From NCBI GenBank assembly GCA_963826115.1, contig CAWGVS010000011.1, positions 32,001 through 96,000 of the forward strand: DNA of 64,000 nucleotides, given 5' to 3'. The translations under genes and the position numbers were made by a program. The DNA comes from an uncultured Candidatus Rokubacteria bacterium. GTDB lineage: Bacteria > Methylomirabilota > Methylomirabilia > Rokubacteriales > DASRDR01. The notes below the pieces were generated by a model. The model had not been told where the DNA came from, made no database searches, and was given only the letters and a program-made list of their open reading frames with translations. Every line of letters starts with the position of its first letter. Position 1 is the first letter of the stretch. Positions 17,797 through 26,216 of this stretch are shown here, piece after piece.

Positions 17797-18669
17797 GTGA
17801 CCGGACTCCTCCAGCAGCTGGTCCTCGGCGTCCTGCTGGGGAGCCTCTACGGGCTGGCGGCCGCCGGCCTGTCCCTCGTGTTCGGCGTCCTGCGGGTGCT
17901 CAACGTGGCGCACGGCGAGCTGATCATGCTGGGCGGATACGCCGCCTTCGCCCTGGTGGCGATCCTGGGGCTCGATCCGTTCCTGGCGCTGCTCCTGATC
18001 ATCCCGCTGGGAGGTCTGCTGGGCGCCCTCCTCTACGCCGGGCTGTTCCGCTTCATCGTGCGTCACGGCGAGGAGACGCGGATCAAGAACTCGCTCCTCG
18101 TCGGATTCGGTCTCGCCCTCACCCTCCACGCGCTGGCCGTGCGGCTCTTCACGGCGGACGAGCGGTCGATCACCACCGCCTACCGCGGACGCTCCCTCGT
18201 GCTGGGGGGTGTGGTGTTCCCCCTCGGGCGCGTCCTGAACTTCGTCGTCGCGCTCGCCCTGATCGCCGTGCTGCATCAGTTCCTCCAGCGGGCCCGCTGG
18301 GGCCAGGCGATCCGCGCGACCGCCGAGGACTGGGAGGCCGCGAGCCTGCTCGGGATCGACGTCCGGCGCGCCTACACGCTGGCCTTCGCCATTGGCACCG
18401 CGCTGGCGGGAACCGCCGGTACGCTCATCAGCCTGGGCTACTCGATCAGCCCCTCCATCGGGCTCGAGTGGACGCTGAAGGCGCTGATCGTGATCGTGCT
18501 GGCCGGGCTCGGGTCCGCGTTCGGCACGCTTGCGGGCGGCATCCTGCTCGGGTGCGCCGAGGCGCTGAGCGCCGTGGCGTTCGGGGGCGCCTACCGCGAG
18601 GTGGTCGGGCTGCTCCTCTTCTTCTGCGTCCTGGTGGCCCGTCCCCAGGGCCTGTTCGGGCGAGCGTGA
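17797..18669 (+). CDS. ABC transporter permease (LivH-like)
   Basis: GLSLVFGVLRVLNVAHGE; G.AIRATAED. Confidence 0.92.
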   Translation: MTGLLQQLVLGVLLGSLYGLAAAGLSLVFGVLRVLNVAHGELIMLGGYAAFALVAILGLDPFLALLLIIPLGGLLGALLYAGLFRFIVRHGEETRIKNSLLVGFGLALTLHALAVRLFTADERSITTAYRGRSLVLGGVVFPLGRVLNFVVALALIAVLHQFLQRARWGQAIRATAEDWEAASLLGIDVRRAYTLAFAIGTALAGTAGTLISLGYSISPSIGLEWTLKALIVIVLAGLGSAFGTLAGGILLGCAEALSAVAFGGAYREVVGLLLFFCVLVARPQGLFGRA

Positions 18670-19646
18670 CCGGCGGGGTGCGCCGCGTGAAGCTCGGGCG
18701 CGCGGCCGGATCGGCGGCCGTCCTCGCGTTGATCGGGCTCGCGCCCCTCGTGATCGCCCGGGAAGACTGGCTCAACCTGGGAGTCGTGTTCTTCCTCGTG
18801 GTGGCTCTCGCGCAGAGCTGGAACATCATGGGCGGCCTCGCGGGGCAGGTGAACCTCGGCCACGCGGCCTTCTTCGGGCTCGGCGCCCTGGTGACGCGCC
18901 ATCTCTGGACCGCCGGCACGCCGGTGGTCGTCGCGATGGGAGCGGGCACGGCGGTCGCCACGGTCGCCGGCCTCGCCGTCGGACTGGTCGCGTTCCGGCT
19001 GCGCGGCGCGTACTTCGCCATCGGGACCCTGGCCCTGGCCGAGGTGCTCCGCATCGCCGTCGGCAACCTGTTGCCCGAGATCTCCACGCTTCCGGCGGCC
19101 GCCATCGCCGCCTACCGGCTCCCCGACCGCTACTACGCCGCGGCGCTTCTGGCCGTGGGTAGCACGCTCGTGGTGGCATGGGTCGCGAGCTCGCGTCTCG
19201 GGCTCGCGATGGAGGCCATCCGGGAAGACGAGGGCGCCGCCGAGGCCTCGGGGGTGGGGGCGTTCCGCGTGAAGCTCGCGGCCGTGGCCGTGTCGACCAG
19301 CCTCGCGGGGCTGGCGGGCGGGCTGTTCGCCTTCTACCACATCAGCTATTACCCGCAGCACGCGTTCGGCCCGACCTGGACCTTCGACGCCGTGCTCGTG
19401 ACCTTCATCGGGGGCGTGGGCACGGTGCACGGGCCCGTTCTCGGCGCGGCCCTGTTCGTGTTCCTGCGGGAGTACCTGGCGCTGCACTGGGTGGACCTCC
19501 ACCTCCTGATCTTCGGGGTCCTGTTCATCGCCATCGTGCTGCTCCTGCCGGGAGGGCTCGTCGAGGCGACCGCGCGGCTGCGGGGGCTCGCCGGCCGGCG
19601 TCGCCCGCGTGGCGCCGACGGGGCGGGGGCGGCCCGCTCCGTCTGA
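18666..19646 (+). CDS. ABC transporter permease (LivM-like)
   Basis: SWNIMGGLAGQVNLGHAAFFG; RLRGAYFAIGTL; AIREDE. Confidence 0.92.
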   Translation: MTGGVRRVKLGRAAGSAAVLALIGLAPLVIAREDWLNLGVVFFLVVALAQSWNIMGGLAGQVNLGHAAFFGLGALVTRHLWTAGTPVVVAMGAGTAVATVAGLAVGLVAFRLRGAYFAIGTLALAEVLRIAVGNLLPEISTLPAAAIAAYRLPDRYYAAALLAVGSTLVVAWVASSRLGLAMEAIREDEGAAEASGVGAFRVKLAAVAVSTSLAGLAGGLFAFYHISYYPQHAFGPTWTFDAVLVTFIGGVGTVHGPVLGAALFVFLREYLALHWVDLHLLIFGVLFIAIVLLLPGGLVEATARLRGLAGRRRPRGADGAGAARSV

Positions 19647-19787
19647 GCGCCGCGGCCGCTCGCCCCGGGGCGCCGGGCAGGGGGAAGCCTTGCCATGTCG
19701 GGAGTGATCGGGCATAGTGTCCCGGGCTTCGCGCCTCAACGCGGCCGCCCTCACCCGAACCCGTGGCCCCGGCCGCGAGGAGCGCAC

Positions 19788-21161
19788 ATGGCGACGTCCG
19801 AGAGCTTCCCCGCGCTCGGAGCGATTCCCGTCGGCTACGGACCCGAGGGTATCGCCGTCGACGGCGAGGGCCGCCGGGGCTACGTCGCGTGCGCGCGGGC
19901 CAACACGGTCGCCGTCTTCGACCTCGATTCCCGCGAGGTGATCGCCCAGGTGCCGGTCGGCCAGGAGCCGATCGGGCTCGTGCACGACCGGGACGGCGGC
20001 CGCGTCTTCTCGACGGACGCCCGCTCCGACGTCGTGTCGGTCATCGACACCGCGAGCCTCAAGATCGTCAAGCAGATCCCCGTGCAGCACTACCCGGCCG
20101 GCGCGGGGTTCTACGCCGAGCGCCGCAAGATGTACGTCGGGAACACTGCCGACGGGACGGTGAGCGTCATCGACGCCGACCGGCTCGAGGTCATCGCGAC
20201 CGTCCCGACCAAGCTCGCGGCGGGGAGCCTCGGGGCCGATCCGATCCGCGACCGCGTCTACTGCGTCAACTTCGGGGACGCGTCGATGACGCTGATCGAC
20301 GGCGAGAAGAACGAGGCGATCGGCGAGATCAAGCTCGACTACGCGCCCTGCAAGATCGCGGTCGACGCGCGGCGGGGGCGCGCCTACGTGGCGAACTCCC
20401 TCGTCAGCACCGTCTCGGTCGTCGATCTCGACCGGCAGGAAGTCGTGGACACGCTGACCGTGGAGCGCGCGCCCGTCGGCATGGGCCTGGGACGCCAGGG
20501 CGACCGCATCTACGCGGCCAACCGGGGGACCGGGCACGTCAGCGTGATCGACCGGGAGAGCGGCCGCGAGTGGGCGCGGGTGCCGGTCGGCAAGGCCCCC
20601 GGGGACCTGGCGGTCGACCAGCAGTCGGGGACGGTGTACGTGTCCGACGCCGGGACCAGCACCGTCAGCGTGTTCCAGGACCGGCTGGACGGCGCGCCGG
20701 CCGAGCTGCCCAAAGACTGGCGTCACCCGCTCGTCGGCAAGCCGCTCCCTTCGTTCAGCCTGCCCGACATGGTGGACGGGCGGCCGCGCACCTCGGAGGA
20801 GTTCAGAGGGAAGAAGTACATCCTGAACTTCTTCGCCAGCTGGTGAGGGCCCTGCAACGCGGAGGCTCCGCTACTCGAGGAAGTGCGTCGCCGGGCCAAG
20901 AAGTTCGGGCTCGAAATCGTCATGGTCAACGTGTGGGAGCACGTGGATCCACGGCGTGAGGCCCAGCATTTCTGCAAGATCCACAACATCGAGGGCACGG
21001 TGCTGATCGACGCCACCGGGGAGTACATCACGCGGCTCGGTCTCCGCGGAGTGCCCCACAACGTGGTCGTCGACAAGAAGGGCATCGTCCAGGCGGTCGG
21101 GGTCACGACCCCCGACGAGGTCCGCGCCACCCTGACCAAGCTGCTCCTGCCCTTCGGCTAG
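19788..21161 (+). CDS. YVTN beta-propeller fused to a TlpA-like thioredoxin domain; selenoprotein with UGPC (Sec at TGA 20844-20846)
   Basis: About seven V.VG..P...YVAN..VSVID repeats, then LPSFSLPD...ILNFFASW-U-GPCNAEAP, in frame with VPHNVVVDKKG; GAGGAG RBS. Confidence 0.88.
20859..20871 (+). promoter_or_regulatory. Putative SECIS element (propeller-TlpA)
   Basis: GCGGA-GGC-TCCGC hairpin 12 nt after the TGA; loop G at +18. Confidence 0.6.
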
Positions 21162-21199
21162 GAGCTCTCGCGTGCGCCGGGCCAGCCGGCGCGCGCCCG

Positions 21200-21955
21200 C
21201 TAGTAGCCGGGGCCGCCCCGGAGCCGCCAGACGAGGCGGCGCGCCGTCAGCCGGAGCTTCCACCCCTTGCGGCGACCCCGCTCGCCGCGCCACTTCTGAT
21301 CGAAGTAGTGCTTGTTGATGTGCTCGAACCCGGGCGCGCGCGCCCGCTCCTCGCGCACCGACCGGCTCCCGTGGTGGTGCACGACCACGTCGAGCGTCAC
21401 CGCCGCGCGGAGCCCCGCCCGTCGGAGTCGCCAAAACATGTCCTCGTCTTCGTACTTCGCGCGCGCGAAGGCCTCGTCGAAGCCGCCCAGGCGATCGTAG
21501 AGGTCGCGTCGCGAGAGGAGAACCATGCCGCGGAACTCGTCGGCGAAGTAGCGCCCCGCGAAGCGGGCCCGCACCTCCCGGTTCAGCTCCTCGAGGTCGT
21601 AGTCGAGCGGCCCCTCCCGGATCGCGGGCGACACCCAGGCGAACGTGTTCGCCCGGTGGAACCGGACGAGCCCCTCGAGCCACCCGGATGGGACCTCCAC
21701 GTCACTGTTGACGAGACAGACGAGCTCGCCGCCCGCGGCCGCGATGCCCTGGTTCCAGGCCGCGGCACAGCCGAGGTTCTCCTCGTTCCGGAGCACGCGC
21801 GCTGCCGTCTCCCGGAGGTAGGCGCCCGTCTCGGGCCCGGAGCCGTTGTCGACCACGATTAGCTCGAACGGGCCCGGAGTGTGCCGCGCGATCGAGTCGA
21901 CGGCTCGCCGCGTCCAGGGCAGCGCGTCGCGCACGGCCATCACGAGCGAGATCAT
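21200..21955 (-). CDS. Glycosyltransferase family 2
   Basis: IVVDNGS, NLG..AAWNQG, LVNSD, GGFDE, YEDED. Confidence 0.9.
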   Translation of the reverse strand: MISLVMAVRDALPWTRRAVDSIARHTPGPFELIVVDNGSGPETGAYLRETAARVLRNEENLGCAAAWNQGIAAAGGELVCLVNSDVEVPSGWLEGLVRFHRANTFAWVSPAIREGPLDYDLEELNREVRARFAGRYFADEFRGMVLLSRRDLYDRLGGFDEAFARAKYEDEDMFWRLRRAGLRAAVTLDVVVHHHGSRSVREERARAPGFEHINKHYFDQKWRGERGRRKGWKLRLTARRLVWRLRGGPGY

Positions 21956-23391
21956 CGGGCCTCCGCTCGGGCCGGCGCCGCCTCGCCGGGGAGGGCGTCC
22001 GGGCGCGGGCCGTGCCACCAGCCCCGGACCGCGCGCTTGATCCGCTTGCGGAGGGGCAGGGGTCGGAGGAACTTCCGGTGCATGGAGCCGTGAGCCTCCA
22101 CGGGGTCACGGGCGCGCCCGAGCGCGGCGAGGCGGCGGCGGAGCCAGCCGTCGAACTCCGCGCGGATGGCGTGCCGCACGTCGGGAAGGGACTCGGCGAG
22201 GTTGACGGTCTCCCCCGGATCCGCGGCCAGGTCGTAGAGCTCGACGGGCGGCCCGCCGTAGAGGTCGGGCTCGCGCGAGACGATCAGCTTGTGCCGGTCG
22301 GTCCGGTACGCCCACTTGCACATCCAGGTGGACTCGGAGGCGACGACGACGCGGCGGGGCTCGCCGGAGGGCTGGCCGGCCAGGAGACCCGCGACGGAGC
22401 GCCCTTCCATGCCGGCCGGGATCGGCAGGCCCAGAAGCTCGAGGATCGTCGGCGCAAGGTCCGGCGTCATCACGATGGACTCGAGCCGCTGCCCCGCGGC
22501 GATGCGGCCCGGCGCGGCCACGAGGAGGGGCGGCCGGATCGTGACGTCGTAGAGGCCGTGGTGCTCGAAGAAGATCCCGTGCTCGCCCAGCGACTCGCCG
22601 TGATCGCCGAGGACGAGCACCAGGGTGTCGCCGAGCGTGCCGAGACCGTCCAGGTGGTCGAGCAGCTCGCCCACGGCGTCGTCGAGGGCCCGCACCTCCG
22701 AGTCGTACTGGGCGCGACACCACTCGACGTCCTCGATGCGGGGACCGGCCGCGTCCGGCCATGCGCGCGCGGCCGGGCGGAGCCACCGGTCGACCAGGTA
22801 GGACTTGAGCGGCCGCGCGTGGAAGGCGTCCAGGCTTCCCTGGTTGGCGGTAGTCGGGTCGCCGTCGTAGAAGAGCGCTCGGTACCGCGCCGGTGGCCAG
22901 TACGGCGTGTGCGTGTCCCCGTAGCGCAGGTAGAGGAAGAAGGGGCGGCCGCGCTGCGCGGTGAGCCATGGGCGGGCCATCGCGTTCATCGCGAAGCCGT
23001 CGAGGTATTCGTGGTCGCTCGTCCGGCGGTAGAGCCGCGTGCCGAACCCCCGGCCCCAGTACTGCTTCCACGCGAGATCGTCCAGGATGGCCGTGGCGTA
23101 GCCGTGCGCCGCGAGGATTGCCGGGAGCCAGGGAGCGCGCCGCGACAGGCGGCATCGCCGGCTCGGCGCCACGATACCGTGCGCGAGGGGGAACTGGCCC
23201 GTCAGGAGGCTCGTGCACGCGGGTTCGGTCGGGGTGGCGGGGGTGAAGAACCGGAGCGCGCGGGCGCCGCTGGCGGCGAGCGCGTCGAGGCGGGGGCTCG
23301 TCGGCCGGGGGCACCCGTAGCACGAGAGGCGGTCCGCGCGCAGGCTGTCCGCGACGAGGATGACGACGTTGGGGCCGGCCCGGCGGCTCAC
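21952..23391 (-). CDS. Sulfatase-like hydrolase/transferase (alkaline phosphatase superfamily)
   Basis: PNVVILVADSLRAD, DTHTPY, GDHGE, ELYDLAADPGE; the signature reads TEPAC instead of C/SxPxR. Confidence 0.85.
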   Translation of the reverse strand: MSRRAGPNVVILVADSLRADRLSCYGCPRPTSPRLDALAASGARALRFFTPATPTEPACTSLLTGQFPLAHGIVAPSRRCRLSRRAPWLPAILAAHGYATAILDDLAWKQYWGRGFGTRLYRRTSDHEYLDGFAMNAMARPWLTAQRGRPFFLYLRYGDTHTPYWPPARYRALFYDGDPTTANQGSLDAFHARPLKSYLVDRWLRPAARAWPDAAGPRIEDVEWCRAQYDSEVRALDDAVGELLDHLDGLGTLGDTLVLVLGDHGESLGEHGIFFEHHGLYDVTIRPPLLVAAPGRIAAGQRLESIVMTPDLAPTILELLGLPIPAGMEGRSVAGLLAGQPSGEPRRVVVASESTWMCKWAYRTDRHKLIVSREPDLYGGPPVELYDLAADPGETVNLAESLPDVRHAIRAEFDGWLRRRLAALGRARDPVEAHGSMHRKFLRPLPLRKRIKRAVRGWWHGPRPDALPGEAAPARAEAR

Positions 23392-24173
23392 GCGACGACG
23401 CGGGCTCCGCCGAGGAGCGACTGGGGGGCGATGCGCGCGCCGGAGAGAAGCTGCGTCACGACCCAGAGCGCCAGCGCCCCGGCCACGGCGAGCGTGAGAC
23501 CGACGGCCCACGAGAGCCGCCGGGTCGGCCTCTCCAGCCAGGCCGGGCCACCACCGCCCAGCGCCACCCACGCGACGGCGGCGCCCACCACGGTCGGCCA
23601 GAGCCACTTGGCGTTGCGCGGGAGGACTCCGTCCAGGTGGACGATCGAGACGACCGTGAGCACGTAGTAGTAGGAAGCGAGGACGTAACGCACGTGGCGT
23701 CGGAAGAGCCGGGTCCGCGGCTGGAACCCGGCCCGCAGGTCGCGGACGTCGAGGGCGCACAGGATCAGGCCGACGAGGGCGAAGACGCGCATCGGAGTGT
23801 CCTTGAACACCGCGACGGCGAGAACGCCCAGGACGGTCGCGAGCTGGAGCGCCGAGAGCCCCCAGTCGAGCCGCGTCGGCGCCGGCGGGGCCGCCTGCCG
23901 GAAGAGCCGGATCGCGCGGTAGGCGTACAGGAGCATCGAGAAGCCGAGGAAGTTGAAGGTCACGTTGCGCGCGAACGCCCAGGTCGGCCAGTCGTGGCGC
24001 GTCAGGGTCATGACCGCGCCGGAGAGATAGAGCGCCGTCATCCCGTACAGGTAGGCTTGACCCCAGCGCCGATGGAGCCGAGGCGTGGCGAAGGCGCGGA
24101 GCGTGGCGGGCGCGACGACGAAGGCGATGGGATAGCCGAGCGTGCGGTGAGCCAGCTCGACCCAGTCCGTCAC
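23388..24173 (-). CDS. Multi-pass membrane protein (DUF2306-like N-terminus)
   Basis: Several TM segments; H...HRRWGQAYLYGM motif. Confidence 0.6.
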   Translation of the reverse strand: MTDWVELAHRTLGYPIAFVVAPATLRAFATPRLHRRWGQAYLYGMTALYLSGAVMTLTRHDWPTWAFARNVTFNFLGFSMLLYAYRAIRLFRQAAPPAPTRLDWGLSALQLATVLGVLAVAVFKDTPMRVFALVGLILCALDVRDLRAGFQPRTRLFRRHVRYVLASYYYVLTVVSIVHLDGVLPRNAKWLWPTVVGAAVAWVALGGGGPAWLERPTRRLSWAVGLTLAVAGALALWVVTQLLSGARIAPQSLLGGARVVA

Positions 24174-24466
24174 GCGCGTCCTTTCCCGGTCCGGCGTGCA
24201 GTGAGTTCGTCGGTCGGCGCCAGGAGGCCGCCCGGCGGGGCTGGCCCGTGCTGACCACCCGTCCGGCCGGCCACGCACCGGCGGGAGGCCCCGTTCGACC
24301 GCGCCCGCCCGCCGGTTGGCCGCCTTGACACTAGGGAACCGGCGGCCCGAGACTCAATGAGCCATTTGACCTAACGGCGTCCCGGAGGGACGGCTTGGCG
24401 CACCGGACCGTGATCGGATGGCGTTCGCGACGAGCCGAGCTCCGCCCACCGGGGTTTCCCTGAGCG

Positions 24467-25537
24467 ATGGATCGCCTCCGCCCCCGCGACCTGCGCCGGC
24501 TGCTCGCCTTCATCGATGGCGTCTACGGGGAGCACGATCTCGACGGCCTCGTCCAGTACCTCCTGCGGGAGCTGCCCGCGCTCATCCCGTGCGACAACGC
24601 GGTCTACAACGAGGCCAACGTGCGGCGTGGTCGGGTCATCTGGCGCGAGGACCCGGCCATCTCCCCGGGACTGCCGGGCGCCCGCCACATCTTCGAGCGC
24701 CACATGGCCGAGCACCCGCTGATCGCCCACACCGAGTGGGACGGCAGCGCCATCCGGATGTCGGACTTTCTCACGCGGCCACAGTTTCACGACCTGGGGC
24801 TCTACCAGGAGTTCTTTCGACGCCTCCGTCTCGAGCACCAGCTGTCCATCCGGCTTCCGACCGCCCAGCGCCTGATGGTGGTGATCAACGTGAACCGCGC
24901 GCGGCAGGACTTCTCCCGGCGCGACCGACTCCTGATGGAGCTGATCCGGCCCCACCTGGCTCGGGCCTACCGGACCGCAGAGGCGATGTCGGACTTGCGC
25001 CGGGGTCTCGGGCTCCTCCAGCACGGCGAGGATGGGCTCCGCCGGGCGCTCGTGGTCCTTGCCGCGGACGGGCGCATCCGCTTCGCCACCGATCGCGCGG
25101 ATGAGTGGCTGCGTCGCTACTTCCCCGGCCGCCGCTCGGCTCCCGATCAGCTCCCCTCGGCTGTTCGTCGGTGGATGCGGGCCCAGGAGGCGGGGCTCCG
25201 GCCGGCGGACGATGCGCCGCGCTCCCGCCCCCCGCTGATCGTGCAGGGCCGCGCGGGGCGGCTCGTGGTGCGACTGAGCTCCGAGCCCGGGAGGAGCCTG
25301 CTCCTCCTCGAAGAGCACTCCCGCGAGGGCTCGCGGCGAGCCCTCCAGGCGCACGGGCTCTCGGAGCGGGAGGCGGAGGTGCTGGCCTGGGTGGCCGAGG
25401 GGAAGACGAACCCGGAGATCGCGGCCATCCTGGGGCTGAGCCCCCGGACGGTGGGGAACCATCTGGCCCGGATCTATGCCCGCCTGGGGGTGGAGACCCG
25501 GACCGCGGCGGCCCGCATCGCCCTGACCGCGCCCTGA
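24467..25537 (+). CDS. LuxR-family (CsgD-like) transcriptional regulator
   Basis: C-terminal LSEREAEVLAWVAEGKTNPEIAAILGLSPRTV. Confidence 0.9.
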   Translation: MDRLRPRDLRRLLAFIDGVYGEHDLDGLVQYLLRELPALIPCDNAVYNEANVRRGRVIWREDPAISPGLPGARHIFERHMAEHPLIAHTEWDGSAIRMSDFLTRPQFHDLGLYQEFFRRLRLEHQLSIRLPTAQRLMVVINVNRARQDFSRRDRLLMELIRPHLARAYRTAEAMSDLRRGLGLLQHGEDGLRRALVVLAADGRIRFATDRADEWLRRYFPGRRSAPDQLPSAVRRWMRAQEAGLRPADDAPRSRPPLIVQGRAGRLVVRLSSEPGRSLLLLEEHSREGSRRALQAHGLSEREAEVLAWVAEGKTNPEIAAILGLSPRTVGNHLARIYARLGVETRTAAARIALTAP

Positions 25538-25741
25538 TCGGGGGACGGGCCGACGGGTGGATCCCGGTGGGGTGCCGGGGAAACCGGGGGTCCGGGGGGC
25601 TCGACACGACGGTCCCGGGGGCCACGCCCGGCGCCGGTGGGGGCCCCGGCTCGGTCCCGGAAGCGGTCCCGCCCGTGGGCACGCGACCGTGCTATGCTGC
25701 GGGGCTAAGTAACGCAGCGAACCGTCACCAAAGGAGGTCCC

Positions 25742-26074
25742 ATGGCGGTCAAGCTGTATGTGGGCGGTCTCTCGTACTCGACCACCTCCGAGGCCCTGCG
25801 CGAGCACTTCGCCCAGTGCGGGACGGTGGAATCGGCCACGGTCATCACCGACCGGTACTCGGGGCAGTCGCGCGGCTTCGGCTTCGTCGAGATGGCGACC
25901 AACGAGGAAGCCCAGAAGGCCGTCAGCATGCACAACGGCCAGCGCCTTGACGGCCGCACGATCAAGGTGGAGGTCGCCAACCCTCAGGGGGCCGGTGGTG
26001 GCGGTGGCGGCGGCCGCGGCGGGCCGGGCATGGGCGGTGGACGCGGAGGATCGGGCCGGCCCCCTCGCTGGTAG
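25742..26074 (+). CDS. RRM-domain RNA-binding protein with Gly-rich tail
   Basis: KLYVGGL (RNP2) and RGFGFVEM (RNP1); AGGAGG RBS. Confidence 0.95.
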   Translation: MAVKLYVGGLSYSTTSEALREHFAQCGTVESATVITDRYSGQSRGFGFVEMATNEEAQKAVSMHNGQRLDGRTIKVEVANPQGAGGGGGGGRGGPGMGGGRGGSGRPPRW

Positions 26075-26102
26075 CGTCGGCCGTCTCGCCGTCATCCATC
26101 CT

Positions 26103-26135
26103 GGCGGGATCCGAGCGGATCCTGCCCTCTTGTTG
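26103..26135 (+). terminator. Probable intrinsic terminator after the RRM gene
   Basis: GGCGGGATCC-GAGC-GGATCCTGCC hairpin followed by CTCTTGTT. Confidence 0.55.
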
Positions 26136-26216
26136 CGCACGCACGCATGCGCGCCAGTCTGTCTGCGCGTGGCCGATGCGACGCGCCCGGCTGCGCGCTG
26201 AGCGGCCCCTCCGGTC

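Noticed and set aside
25538-25741. GC-rich intergenic region before the RRM gene as an ncRNA or tRNA-Sec
   Set aside because: No cloverleaf, UCA anticodon arm or known ncRNA motif discernible; it probably holds only a promoter (TATGCT near 25693)
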